Made by a program: the position numbers and the translations under genes
Virus record (IMG/VR): IMGVR_UViG_3300017912_003443
Span: 1-33,898 of that record
Reading direction: 5' to 3' (one strand)
DNA length: 33,898 nt
From: a virus
Lineage: Duplodnaviria; Caudoviricetes
Part shown: one piece after another, positions 21,201 through 30,523 of the stretch
Layout: each line of letters begins with the position of its first letter
How positions within the stretch are numbered: position 1 is the stretch's first letter
The notes under the pieces: model-generated
What the model saw: only the letters and a program-made list of their open reading frames with translations
The model's database searches: none
What the model was told of the DNA's origin: nothing

Positions 21201-24200
21201 ATAGTTTCACCATCTACAAATTCATCCGTTGAATTTATTTTAAGGATGGCATATTCATCATCCCAATTTTCTACAACAGCAGTTTTATTGCCAGATGTAA
21301 TTATTTCTTCTGGAACAAATACATTTCTCTTTACTTTTACATCAAAGGTTGGAAAATCTCTTTGAGGTAATAACCTTGTAGCAGAATTAATTTTATCATA
21401 ATCGCCAACAGTTTCATTATCTTTTAATTGATCCTCCATACTGAATTTGACAGTTCCTGCTCCACCACCAAAATTAGGATCAACTTCCGTGATAGTATAT
21501 AAATTATAGTTAAATTCGGAACTATTAAATCCTCTAGTATTTCCAATACCAGGATTGGAACCTTCAACCATTAACTTTTCGCCAACTACAAATGGATAGT
21601 AGTCTCCAGTAGAATATTCAGTTTTTACTGTTGCAGTTGCAATTTTAGTGGATGCATTATATGTAATACCACCACTAAGTTGACTATTATCTATGGGGAC
21701 ACCACCACCAGAATTTACAGGGTATATCTTAGGAATAACATTAGTCATTCCATAAGTATTTCTTAGTATCTGTACTTCAGAACTAGTGCTATTATATTGT
21801 AAATCAATATCATCTACAATTTCTCCAGTAACTCCATCAATAACTACCAATTCTTGTTGACCATCGTAACCTCTTCCATAAGAAGAAATGCCGATAGAAT
21901 CGATTGAACTGAATGGTGTTATTCTTATAGATTGTGGATAATAGAATAATGGTCTAATAGTCTGATCAAAAGGAAAATCATATCCATAGTCTGTTATTTC
22001 AATATTTTCTACTTTTCCTATATCCAAACTCTGCAATTCTAAAACAGAATTATTACCATCTGCAGATGTTACAGTTGTAAAACCTGGGAGAATATTATAA
22101 TTATCTCCAGTATTCAATATTTCTATTCTCGAAATAGGACCATCAGTGTGTGTACAATCCGTAATGTATGAAAGTGTAGCGTTGGTTGAACCATAAGAAA
22201 CAACCTCAGGTTCACTTGTCAAATTATATGTAAATGTATTAGCAGTAGAAACTCTTATTTTGTGCGAACCAGAGTAACTACTAGGAGAAACTTTGATAGA
22301 ACCAGCGCCATTAACAGTTTTATCTAAGTATACGCCTTTTTTTGTTTCTGATAAAGGAACACCTTGGGTATATTTTGGAACTAAATTATAGAACAAATCC
22401 TTGGGAGTATCTGAATCTATACTCAATTCAACAATAGCAGTTGATCCTACAATACCACTCTTAACCACTTTGAATTCAGTATCTTGTGGATTTTTTGTCC
22501 ATGGTTTGGTAAATGTATTTCCAATAAAGAAATCTAGATCAAATGCAGGATATTGGTTAGAATAATATTCATATTGTAAAGAAGAGTCAGTTAAATCAAA
22601 CTTAATTTTATTGTAACCTTCTGTATCAATATGAGGGTTTACTGGACTTAAAGTTCCTGATGTTGTTGCAACTCCAACAACAGTTACTGGTTGATCAAGT
22701 TTTGAATTGTAAAGAGTTTCGGAAAGTTTAAATCTATCGTTATCAATTTTTACTGCATAGTATGGAGTATTATTATTGTATGCAGGTCCTTCCGTTTCAC
22801 TGGAGTGAATTAATTTATCACCAGTAGAGAAACCATGATCTTGAATGGTAATGATACCAGTTTCGGTATTGATTCCTGTAGAGGTAAAAGATTTTGGATT
22901 AATTAAAATATTTCTATTGAAATCATCATATTTTACAACCACAGTTTTTTCAACTCTTGGTTTTATATCAAATAAAACTCTATGATCAGAACTTAATCCA
23001 TGAGTAGTTGCAGTTGAAACAATAACTCTATTTTTAATTGCATTTGCTGTAATTTTCGGATATTGTGTTGTAAAACTGTGAGTAACTCCAGTACCAACAC
23101 TAGTAAAATACAATAAACCAATATTGCTAGTTGTTGCTGCTATACCAGAAAATACTCCAGTTGATCCAATTCCAACTTTGACCGTTGAAATGCCAATAAA
23201 ATCTTTATCAAATTTAGCAACATAATAAGTTCTACCATTAATGAAATCAGATCCAATTCCAGATACAGTGGTAGAATCTTCATATTCTATTGGTGAACCA
23301 TTATAAAGATTATATACTACAGCATCGCCTGTCCTTAATTCATGCCCTTTCAGATATATTGCCTGAGGTTTAATAAAGATTGAAGTTCCTCCTGCACCTG
23401 CAACTTCAAATGCTATTGTGCTTCCGGTCCCAGGATTTCCATATCCACCTGACAATGCGACAGATTCTTGAGGATTAAAGTAATATTCTTTATTTGCTCT
23501 AAACTTGAACGAATTATCATAATCAGATTCAAATTCAAATCTTCTTTGATCTATAGTTGCAGCAGTACCAACTGTGTGAATAGCTACGCTGGTTCCATCA
23601 ACTGCTCTAAGAATTCTAAGTCTTCCTGATAAAGAATCTACATTTAAGACTTTAACTCTTTCATCACGAATCTGAATAACATCATTTTCACTGACACGAT
23701 CAAGATTGGAATTTGATACATATACAAAGGTCACAATACCAGTATTTGCTCCTAAGGCGTGTGTGGTGGTTCCTAGTCCCGTTAGAGTAAGAGTTGTTGC
23801 AGGAACCGTAACTGAGTAACTTCCTTCAAATTTAGATTTAACTGTAGAAAAATTAGTTAAAGTTATGAGTTCCTTGTCAAAATAATCATGGGAACTGACT
23901 GCTATTCCAACAAATGAACCCTTTTTGCGTGATGGATAAATCTCGATAGGAATCTCAGTATTTACATTTTCGATACTAGAAATTTCTTTACCTTTTACAA
24001 AAGAAACTTTTGCAGCAACTCCATTTCCACCAGATCCCTCCTGATCAAAAACCAATCTGTCTCCAACTTTATAAGAATCTCCGCCACTTAATACTTTAAC
24101 ATTATTAACTTTTCCCTTGGAAACAGTTTTGACTGTTACCTTTTGATTTAAGTCATTCGGGAGAGTAATATATGGATATCTTACATCTTTATCAAAGAAA

Positions 24201-27200
24201 TTATATACACTAGTATTTCTCTTATAATTTGTTTGATTTAAATCAATTCCATCTTGATTTGAAGTTCTTTCTTGATTAAATTTGCTTGGAACAGAAAAAT
24301 AATTTTTTCCTATCAAATATGGGAAAACTGGTCTTCTGTAATCTCTAAATGGACCTGCATCATCAGCAATTTCGCTGATTGTAGTAAAGTATGCATAAGT
24401 TCCATTTGGAAATTCTGGTGTTATACAATATCTTCCATTATTTTCATCAAGAACAGTGTCATCATCAACTCTATAGTAAGTAAAATCTTCTACAAAAGAT
24501 CCTGCGGGATAATTTGGTGGCCTGTTCTCTCTTAAGAATGATTCATTATAATATCCACTCTTCATTCGTACAGCAACACCACCAGATCTTGTGGAATATC
24601 CATATGGACCATAGATTGGATTTCCATCGTATGCCCATCCAATAATAGGAGAATGATTGGTAGAATCAATTTCTACCCTATTAAAAGGCAAATCACTCGA
24701 TCCATACTCCTTTGCTCCATCAGAATCACTTGGAATTAACTTACTTCTTAAATATCTTGGTGCAAAAAGATGGCAATATTGAATACCATAATTACCAAAA
24801 GTTGAAGGAACAAGGACTCCATCATCTTTTTCAATTTTATCAAATGAATCTTCAAATAAATTTATTTTCCAGGATTGAAGATGTGGTTGTAATTTTGACT
24901 GTGAAAAAGATTCAGAAGACACAACTCTAATAGTAGTATTGTCTTGAATATACCCTCTACCACCCTCAACTACAATTATTCTATCGATGGTTCCATCGTT
25001 TCTTATGGTTGCAGTTAAGACTGCTCCAGTTCCAACACCATCTACAATGACATCAGGAGCAGAGGTAAAGTTTTTACCTCTATTCATAACAATTGCTTCT
25101 GTTATACTGCCATTATTGATAATGGTTTTTATCTGAGCATCTTTTCCTATAGAATATGTGACGAGTGGATTTCTTTCAAAATCTTGAATATTTGTTACAC
25201 CATACCCCACACCGCCATTTGATATATACACATTATCAATTGCACCTAAGAATTTTGGTTGAAGATCTGCAACAAATTCGTTTCCAATAGCAGTTTTTCC
25301 AGTTAAAGTAACTTGAATTGGAGGATGATTGAAAATATGTGTACCAATTCCAGCACTGGTGATATTAACATATTCCTTTCTATCTGCAAATATATTTACA
25401 GTGTTACCTACACCAGAAACTGACAGTGTAAAATTATCTTTATCAATAACAGTAGCAATATACTCAGTATTCAAAGAAAGACCTGTTAACTGAGTATCTG
25501 ATCCACTGGCAACACCCATGTACTGAATAATATCACCACTAGTATATCCATGATTAATACTATTGATAGTATTTGTTGCCGTGTTAATTCCTGTATGCTG
25601 ACAAGTAACTTTTCTGTTTGAATATCCTTCACCGGGTTCAACAATATTGAGAGAATCTATCTGTCTCTTCTTAGTAAGTGCCTTAAGACTATGCACACCA
25701 TTTCCATATGCAGTAAATTCTACCGTATTGATTCCGGCAACAGCATCACTACTAGTATTGTATAATTTTAAGTTAGTAAGACTTGTCGATCCAACAAAAT
25801 ATGTTGAATTGGTTGTCAAACCAGCAATTCCAAGTTGATCGCTTGTCTCATATACAACTTCTTCATAATCCCTAAATTTATGATACGTAGAAAATCCAAT
25901 TATATTTGATGGATTTAGTTGAATAGATCTACTATCAAAATTGGCAACATTATCAGATAACTTCATATTAACTAAAACTGAAGCTCCGCTGCCATTACCA
26001 CCACTTACCTTAATTGTTGGTGTTCCTTCATAATCAAATCCTCTATCAATAATTTTTACACTACTAAGAGATCCAGTAACTCCAAGAAATCCATTAGCAT
26101 TCTTACCTCTACCATTATCATCAATTACCAAGTTTGGAGGATTAATTATATCAAATTGATTATCTGAAAATATTACATCAATATTTTTAACTTCTCCATA
26201 GTAAATATTGCTTTTTGATTTATAATTTAAAATTTCAATACCATTTAATAGCATTCCTGTCATTCCAGGAAGAGTTTCTATCTTCTCAGAAGAACTTTCT
26301 AAAGGTACAGGAATTTCTCTTAAAAGTTTTTGGTCTAAAAGTTTTTGCTCATGAAAATCATATAGCATTACCTTATTATCTTTTACAGTCGTTTTTTCAA
26401 ACGTAACATACTTTCCAAAGAAAATATTCTCTTTACTTAGTGCAAATTTAACTACGAAATCATTAACTTTTTCAATGTAATAAATTCCTTCATCAAATAA
26501 TTTAGTTCCTTCAACTTCTTTCGTTACAATATTGAAGTTTTCATCAGTTACTCTCTTTTCAATTTTTTCTGCATGATAAAAAACTTTATCCCCAGTTTTG
26601 AATTTATGCTCTTTAGAAAATGTAACTTCAGTTCCTTCAAAGGTTCCATTAATTTCTAAGTCAACACTTCCAATAGAAATTGGTTCTGATGGTAATGAAG
26701 ATGATGCTATCAATAAATTTCCATCATCATCAGAATAAACATTTTGGACGTTTGCATGATAGTCTGCTATTTGTGGAAATGCTGGAGATATGCCTTTTAG
26801 AATATTTCTCTTAACAGTGTATATTCCTGTTAAATTAAGCGGTTCAATTACTCGTATATTTACAGATTTTTGGTTTACAATAGAGAGAACCGTTCCATCC
26901 AAAGATGTTCCACTATTATCAATAACTTCGATAGAATCATCCTTTACAAAGAAATGATTATTATTAAAATTTAGACGATATACTTTGTCTGTTTCATCAA
27001 CAACACTCAAAGAAGCAACCGTAAATATTTTTTTGTTATTATAAATCCATTCGTTAAATTTAAATCCACTTCCTTCATATCCAAGAGTCTTTACTCTTGA
27101 TATAATTCCTTTTTTATTATAAAGAGACTTATCTGGAGAGTTTACATTTGAAATTATAGAAGATATATTGCATTGTACATTTTTGCCATTTACGGAGGCA

Positions 27201-28357
27201 TATGCAAAAGTATTCTTATCTGTTATATTTTGTTCTTCCTTTATTTCTTTGTAGATATATCCAGTATCTCTAAATTGATTAATCGTTTTAGACCCATAAT
27301 ATAATGATCCCGATGTGCCATCAGAATATGTAAAAGAAATATTTCCCGTATTTGCAAAACCAACTGTAGATTCTACATCAAGGTATGTTGCTCCAATAGA
27401 AACTTGATTTACTAATTTTGTTTTAGGAGTTACTTTGAAATCTCCATAAATTGCACCATTGAATGTAATATCTTTATTATATCCAGAGTCAATATCTAAC
27501 CTATAGTAAACTTTAGAATCTTTACCTTGAATTCTTTCTGAATATGTAATTGGTGCGTATGATTTTGTAGGAAAATCTTGAAAAATGGTAATATTCTGAA
27601 TATTATCAAATTCTTCTTGATTTAATGTTGGCTCTACAACTATACTCTCTACTACATCAAACTGAGCATCGGAGGGTCTAAAAAGTAAATCAGCAGGATT
27701 TAATAATTGAACATTTACTCCATAAAGTGCTTTGAATAAAATTTTGAATGAATCTTCTGTGCCTTTTGATGCATAAAAACTTCTTATCTGCTTCAAAAAG
27801 GTGTTTTGATCCAATCCCGCATAGAACTCTCTATCATCAAAACCTAGAGCAATTTCTTTTTTCTTCTTATTCAAAAATTCTGCTAAGAATAAAACACTCA
27901 GATTTAATACCTGAGCTCCATTTCTATGAACTTCTGCTTGTGTTGATTCAAATAAAACTTCATCTGGCGAATTATTTTTAGAGAGTTCAGAAATCCCACT
28001 AAATCCTCTAATACAACCAGTAAAAGAACTTTCAGTTTTTCCTGTATATGTAATTATTTCATTGTCAATTTTTATCAACCCATAAGAATCTGGAAATCCT
28101 GAAGTATCACCAATTTCAATTACAGTATTTGTTAAATTAATTGACTTTAGGAGAGTCGCAGAATAGATTCTATTTGTAAAAGAATCAATCTTAAGATATC
28201 TATCAATATTATTAATTAAGTCAATTGGACCACCTTGATACTCCTGCCCCTTATAATACTCTTTTAAAAATTCAGATATCAAAGGAAAATCAGTCCTAAC
28301 ATAATCAGGAACTTGACTCTTAACAATTGTAGAAAGTTGAACTCTTTTTTCTGTCAT
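15257..28357 (-). CDS. g7: Giant baseplate wedge initiator gp7-like protein (4366 aa), multi-domain
   Basis: Located between g6 and g8. N-terminal SQVPDYVR.DFP...EFLKEYY and FY.SKGT..SF.ILF..LYG. Also DNEYYQNFSYSLKS...H..G.K.F, a gp7-type motif. Contains many internal repeats. Confidence 0.88.
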   Translation of the reverse strand: MTEKRVQLSTIVKSQVPDYVRTDFPLISEFLKEYYKGQEYQGGPIDLINNIDRYLKIDSFTNRIYSATLLKSINLTNTVIEIGDTSGFPDSYGLIKIDNEIITYTGKTESSFTGCIRGFSGISELSKNNSPDEVLFESTQAEVHRNGAQVLNLSVLFLAEFLNKKKKEIALGFDDREFYAGLDQNTFLKQIRSFYASKGTEDSFKILFKALYGVNVQLLNPADLLFRPSDAQFDVVESIVVEPTLNQEEFDNIQNITIFQDFPTKSYAPITYSERIQGKDSKVYYRLDIDSGYNKDITFNGAIYGDFKVTPKTKLVNQVSIGATYLDVESTVGFANTGNISFTYSDGTSGSLYYGSKTINQFRDTGYIYKEIKEEQNITDKNTFAYASVNGKNVQCNISSIISNVNSPDKSLYNKKGIISRVKTLGYEGSGFKFNEWIYNNKKIFTVASLSVVDETDKVYRLNFNNNHFFVKDDSIEVIDNSGTSLDGTVLSIVNQKSVNIRVIEPLNLTGIYTVKRNILKGISPAFPQIADYHANVQNVYSDDDGNLLIASSSLPSEPISIGSVDLEINGTFEGTEVTFSKEHKFKTGDKVFYHAEKIEKRVTDENFNIVTKEVEGTKLFDEGIYYIEKVNDFVVKFALSKENIFFGKYVTFEKTTVKDNKVMLYDFHEQKLLDQKLLREIPVPLESSSEKIETLPGMTGMLLNGIEILNYKSKSNIYYGEVKNIDVIFSDNQFDIINPPNLVIDDNGRGKNANGFLGVTGSLSSVKIIDRGFDYEGTPTIKVSGGNGSGASVLVNMKLSDNVANFDSRSIQLNPSNIIGFSTYHKFRDYEEVVYETSDQLGIAGLTTNSTYFVGSTSLTNLKLYNTSSDAVAGINTVEFTAYGNGVHSLKALTKKRQIDSLNIVEPGEGYSNRKVTCQHTGINTATNTINSINHGYTSGDIIQYMGVASGSDTQLTGLSLNTEYIATVIDKDNFTLSVSGVGNTVNIFADRKEYVNITSAGIGTHIFNHPPIQVTLTGKTAIGNEFVADLQPKFLGAIDNVYISNGGVGYGVTNIQDFERNPLVTYSIGKDAQIKTIINNGSITEAIVMNRGKNFTSAPDVIVDGVGTGAVLTATIRNDGTIDRIIVVEGGRGYIQDNTTIRVVSSESFSQSKLQPHLQSWKINLFEDSFDKIEKDDGVLVPSTFGNYGIQYCHLFAPRYLRSKLIPSDSDGAKEYGSSDLPFNRVEIDSTNHSPIIGWAYDGNPIYGPYGYSTRSGGVAVRMKSGYYNESFLRENRPPNYPAGSFVEDFTYYRVDDDTVLDENNGRYCITPEFPNGTYAYFTTISEIADDAGPFRDYRRPVFPYLIGKNYFSVPSKFNQERTSNQDGIDLNQTNYKRNTSVYNFFDKDVRYPYITLPNDLNQKVTVKTVSKGKVNNVKVLSGGDSYKVGDRLVFDQEGSGGNGVAAKVSFVKGKEISSIENVNTEIPIEIYPSRKKGSFVGIAVSSHDYFDKELITLTNFSTVKSKFEGSYSVTVPATTLTLTGLGTTTHALGANTGIVTFVYVSNSNLDRVSENDVIQIRDERVKVLNVDSLSGRLRILRAVDGTSVAIHTVGTAATIDQRRFEFESDYDNSFKFRANKEYYFNPQESVALSGGYGNPGTGSTIAFEVAGAGGTSIFIKPQAIYLKGHELRTGDAVVYNLYNGSPIEYEDSTTVSGIGSDFINGRTYYVAKFDKDFIGISTVKVGIGSTGVFSGIAATTSNIGLLYFTSVGTGVTHSFTTQYPKITANAIKNRVIVSTATTHGLSSDHRVLFDIKPRVEKTVVVKYDDFNRNILINPKSFTSTGINTETGIITIQDHGFSTGDKLIHSSETEGPAYNNNTPYYAVKIDNDRFKLSETLYNSKLDQPVTVVGVATTSGTLSPVNPHIDTEGYNKIKFDLTDSSLQYEYYSNQYPAFDLDFFIGNTFTKPWTKNPQDTEFKVVKSGIVGSTAIVELSIDSDTPKDLFYNLVPKYTQGVPLSETKKGVYLDKTVNGAGSIKVSPSSYSGSHKIRVSTANTFTYNLTSEPEVVSYGSTNATLSYITDCTHTDGPISRIEILNTGDNYNILPGFTTVTSADGNNSVLELQSLDIGKVENIEITDYGYDFPFDQTIRPLFYYPQSIRITPFSSIDSIGISSYGRGYDGQQELVVIDGVTGEIVDDIDLQYNSTSSEVQILRNTYGMTNVIPKIYPVNSGGGVPIDNSQLSGGITYNASTKIATATVKTEYSTGDYYPFVVGEKLMVEGSNPGIGNTRGFNSSEFNYNLYTITEVDPNFGGGAGTVKFSMEDQLKDNETVGDYDKINSATRLLPQRDFPTFDVKVKRNVFVPEEIITSGNKTAVVENWDDEYAILKINSTDEFVDGETITGQTSKSIGTVGESLFPYKEYGTYGSTIKRSKGWKEIAGFLNNDLQRIPDNEYYQNFSYSLKSTIPLQTWNDPVSSMNHVAGYKKFANYQLESYEKELRINTTPTAGSTYINLIRDIIETVDVNCVNDFDLVRENSIILGNDEVVSTEIIFESRLISSFDQAIGNRVLSIDDISPQFSHRPRPEEFVNIDSFDLDKSRFLRYITLIRDQRFTSERQVSIFDVIHDGTYGYTNEYAIMSTVDNIGSLDFSIDKGKGFIQFHPASDKVAFNDYNISYVSYKIDDSFVGIGSSSFGDIALINTSSTELNTVGTGVTVVSIGSTYNSVSVMFSINPDTGEQNEEFHFTQINFLQDGNNIVTSDELGGLFTKFGSFDDGLTGYGTFYPYIAGNNFEVQFIPNAGIGTTAVINTIQIGLAQTATSGTTDFNLVHTRLQAESTTIAASSNPGITTVNNYRYIANSQEFHAAKYYVHVADKTNNQHEYSELFVLDTINAVGVSSEAYFVEFNNLQTSSGLGTFGAQIDDTGFGLDLNFTPNPNIDVEVNVLVYQLKSETADDVDTIVDFNNGLITTDRDDYVGTFNAVKTSFDLTHDGRDIFENWFTSDDVDTTTNTIKLPNHFFVSGEKVSYYRNDINDITSAIGVAQTFITGVGLTVRLPNGGENLYMVKVDDNSVGLSTSPAEAQLPNPSLINITTVGSGTSHRFLTTKQNSRVIVSIDNMLQSPIVSTAITSSLNATALSTADVIEFTGVTSFFGGDHFRINNEIMKVSGVGVAGNPNKVRVRRARLGTRFANHSAGDLVTKITGNYNIIDSTISFAEAPYGLDPVEDATDPNQIDYQGIAKGSSFHGRSYMRGRVASGTTDTYTNNHVFQDVSDKFNALEKAFPLKDDEGQDISGIADENAVILINSIFQLPGITVEEDYQLTEPSAGITSAVFNGDARDLGADVGISSFPAAGVIQSVGSTEGLGYQPLVAAAATVTISGIGTVESVSVAFTGSGYRSQGYYEISTKTNYPISTGTTEIFIDNQNSVFGILNEVYDGTNAYIGIGTYRAQYGTILNGIGNTFVELRTTQTPQFDVPTGTPVSIGVTLPYGIVNVSAATSSISAGAVSGLTYDVLDADYSPTTGILSITLPKDHELNQGDYITIKDNSLNFTCNSDNNTRTKSYPRPNLDTNASRRPLRLEEVQGQEATLFVGFSTFVYFNVSNAVYNHNTGDLELTIGSHNFVAGRGISLETNSLTFTCAQDSHGSNHTYPRPTDPAANTTLDISSVTSTTITVNVGTNPDTISAGAHTFVSATANAVRAGGQYTHTFVGIGTDAVVSTASTSVQHIGFATVITGTGHISTSVTITNPGYNLNVGVNTMAVIPQIIFDDPEPYANMPLIFSEDNTLVGFGTHARVNIQVGNGSSVIAYEFTNNGYAYGNGDILTVQTGGLTGIPTSSNFREFQITVDQTFDDTFNGWSLGELEILDNVDSYIDGRRKLFPLFRNGDRLSIIAARGSKIDPSQLLLVFLNNILQVPGKSYFFSGGNRIRFTEAPRVGDFLRIVFYKGNGDSDVLQTDVVQTVKEGDTLDIDSYDLIFDENKRSVTDIVSTDTVETLPYFGPGNTRDVELTRPVAWCRQTEDKILNGLPVSKARRFYEPTILPNAYLIKPVGVGETVFSVNTTRPLFNQFNEFDTVQGKLAQNKIKIHPPSEISPAFATATVSVAGTISEITLSDGGHGYLTTPTVSIASTNGVGIGTSGTATATATLTNGVVTGVTITNGGIGYTTVPSVLISPPQASAREECDVYFPDGYRGDSGTIVGFATTSISGQTFALFDFFIPEQDQVFNDATYVGAAITTSSIEQGDAFTIYNSNVGIAVTSITSYDGSGQVLGISTSYIDGVYEVAEVIKQPRVVGGIATATARVRARVDNPPVGFDFNSNWDGTTGMTTSNYQGSYSWGRIVVKNRSISIGHTAYNSQGISGITTSTLITRNRPLAFVRYDETL

Positions 28358-28370
28358 TTTAATTTAAGTA

Positions 28371-28500
28371 TTAGTATCCGCTGCTGTAACCGCCACCGCC
28401 CCCAGAGGAACTGGAAGAACTGGAGGAAGAAGATGATGAAGAGGAAGATGATGAAGTTGATGCTGAAGATGTTGTGGTAGAGGGTGTGGATGCTGTATTC
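28371..28500 (-). repeat. Low-complexity poly-Ser/Gly coding repeat (gp6 C-terminus)
   Basis: Imperfect (gaa/gga/gat)n trinucleotide run on the plus strand, encoding STTTSSASTSSSS...SGGGGGYSSGY. Confidence 0.9.
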
Positions 28501-30521
28501 GCAGCAGGAGAAACTCCTGTACTGTAAATACTTGTTCCACTAACATTAACTGCTCTTGCCTGTGCTTCGGAGAGGACAGTTGAACCTACCCTTCCGCCAG
28601 ATCTAACCAAATTACCATTCGCATAACTAGATGAGGATATGTATGTAGAAGCAGAGGAATCTAGTCCAGAAGAAATATCATCAACAACCATATCAAAAAT
28701 ACTATTTCCAATGTCCAATTGCAAATATAAATCCTGCAACCCAATAACATCATTGGATTTTGGTGTTGCAGAAATTTCAACAATTGGTTGACCGTCACGT
28801 ATTTTTCCGGAAGTTATATTTACAGGATTTAAAGTCACAATACCATTTACATAATCAATTGTTCCAACATTTCTTCTTATAATCGTTGGATTCTGAGAAG
28901 TTATTGATGGAACAGTAAAGAAGAATAAATCGCCAGTTTGATTGTCAAAATTTGGGATATCACCTAAGTATAAAGTTTCTTGAATTCCACTAACAGTAAA
29001 ACCAGATGATTTTATGTTAAATCCTTCAATATTCTTAATATGAAACTGGTTCCCAAATCCAATAGAATACTCTGCAAATGTGTTCAATACTACTCTTAAA
29101 TCTCTTCTTATACCAATAGTAGTTATATTAGATGTGATTGCCTGATTACTATCATCAATAATTTTTTGAAACTTAGAATACTTGAATCTTGCTCCATATC
29201 TGTTCAATTCCGTAGATTCTCCATATTTTTGCACATTATTTTGAACAATTGAGGAAACACGTTGTGATGAAGGTGTTAAATTTGAGTTATAATATACTTT
29301 TGAATCAACTTCAACATACAAATACTTCAAATCAAGAATTTCGGTAACAATTCCAGCTACAGAATATCGTTTAAGTTCTTTTTTAATATTTTCTTTAATC
29401 AAATTTGGCAAAAAATCACCAAATTTTGGTTTTATGCTAATGAAAACTTTTCCATATTGTGGAGGAACTAATTCTTCTCCACCAAAAACCGAAATAGACT
29501 CAGTTTCAGTGTAAATTTTTGATGGAATTAAAGTTTCATAATCTGAAGAGGTGACTGCTCTATTTTGAGTTGCAAATGTCCTTGGAGCAAACTTTTTAAT
29601 TGACTCTACGCTTTCAATGTTTTCTCCACCTGAAGAAGAAACTCCGGTCGTTAATAATGAAATACCTTCTAATACATTATATTCAACTGCGTTTCTCTGA
29701 TATGTAATTCTACCATTAAAAGTAAATCTATTGATCCCATTCGCACTATCTCCATTTGATCTGATATAATTTACTGTGATATGATTACCTTCATTAAGTT
29801 TTTGTCCAAAAATACCATCTCCAAACAAAATTTCATATCTCTCGTCTTCAATTTCTTGTAAAAAATAAGTTTTTGCATATTTGTCGGCACCAAAAAGGTT
29901 ATCTTGCCTTGAATAACGTGTTGATGCTGTTGAAGTTACGCTATCTTTAACAAAAACACTCATTAAATCAGTATCAACACCTGAATTTGGTAGAATAAAC
30001 CTCTGATTATAGTCTCTGGTATCATAAATGAAGGTTTGAGACAGTAATGGACCTTCGTAAATTGGAATATTGCTGAAAATTGCAATTCCATTACTTACTG
30101 GAACCGTAATATCATCAATAATTGAGAAAATAAACGAGGAATTTGCAAAACTTCCTTGAGATGTTGCAATTGGACCCTTTCTAAGGGTTAAAGATACGGG
30201 TGCAGGAGTCGTTCCAGAGACATTTACGAAAAAACTGACCGTTGCTCTTGCAGATTTTCTTGATTTTGGTAAATATCCAATATTTCTTGCGATAGAAACT
30301 ACATTCTCTCTTAATGTAGCACTATCAAGAAACACTTCGTTTGCCACCATATTGGCATTGTACGAAGTAATGTAAGTATTATATGCTAAAACATCAAGTA
30401 TCGATGACAGGTTTGATCCCTCAAAGTCATAATCCGTAAAATTGGAGTTTGCTTGAAGATAATCTCTAAGTGATTGTTTAACCTGATCGAAATCTAGGTT
30501 TGAAAAATTTGTTAATGGCAT
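28371..30521 (-). CDS. g6: Baseplate wedge subunit gp6 with Ser/Gly-rich tail
   Basis: Motifs LDFDQVKQSL..YL....FTDYDFEGSNLS.ILDVLAYNTY, NEVFLDSATLRENVVS.A..IGY.P.S, QNRAVT..DYE and PPQYGKVFISIKP. Confidence 0.96.
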   Translation of the reverse strand: MPLTNFSNLDFDQVKQSLRDYLQANSNFTDYDFEGSNLSSILDVLAYNTYITSYNANMVANEVFLDSATLRENVVSIARNIGYLPKSRKSARATVSFFVNVSGTTPAPVSLTLRKGPIATSQGSFANSSFIFSIIDDITVPVSNGIAIFSNIPIYEGPLLSQTFIYDTRDYNQRFILPNSGVDTDLMSVFVKDSVTSTASTRYSRQDNLFGADKYAKTYFLQEIEDERYEILFGDGIFGQKLNEGNHITVNYIRSNGDSANGINRFTFNGRITYQRNAVEYNVLEGISLLTTGVSSSGGENIESVESIKKFAPRTFATQNRAVTSSDYETLIPSKIYTETESISVFGGEELVPPQYGKVFISIKPKFGDFLPNLIKENIKKELKRYSVAGIVTEILDLKYLYVEVDSKVYYNSNLTPSSQRVSSIVQNNVQKYGESTELNRYGARFKYSKFQKIIDDSNQAITSNITTIGIRRDLRVVLNTFAEYSIGFGNQFHIKNIEGFNIKSSGFTVSGIQETLYLGDIPNFDNQTGDLFFFTVPSITSQNPTIIRRNVGTIDYVNGIVTLNPVNITSGKIRDGQPIVEISATPKSNDVIGLQDLYLQLDIGNSIFDMVVDDISSGLDSSASTYISSSSYANGNLVRSGGRVGSTVLSEAQARAVNVSGTSIYSTGVSPAANTASTPSTTTSSASTSSSSSSSSSSSSSSSSSGGGGGYSSGY

Positions 30522-30523
30522 TT

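Noticed and set aside
1833-27981. Remaining short ORFs in the track that overlap large genes, on either strand
   Set aside because: All overlap well-supported structural genes and lack recognisable motifs or translation signals.
6147-28357. Inteins, introns or homing endonucleases as the cause of the giant ORF sizes
   Set aside because: I saw no intein splice motifs and no LAGLIDADG, HNH or GIY-YIG signatures. The frames are continuous and the size is explained by structural repeats.
28364-28546. 60-aa His/Leu/Pro-rich minus-strand ORF
   Set aside because: Alternative frame of the gp6 poly-Ser repeat, with no independent start signals.
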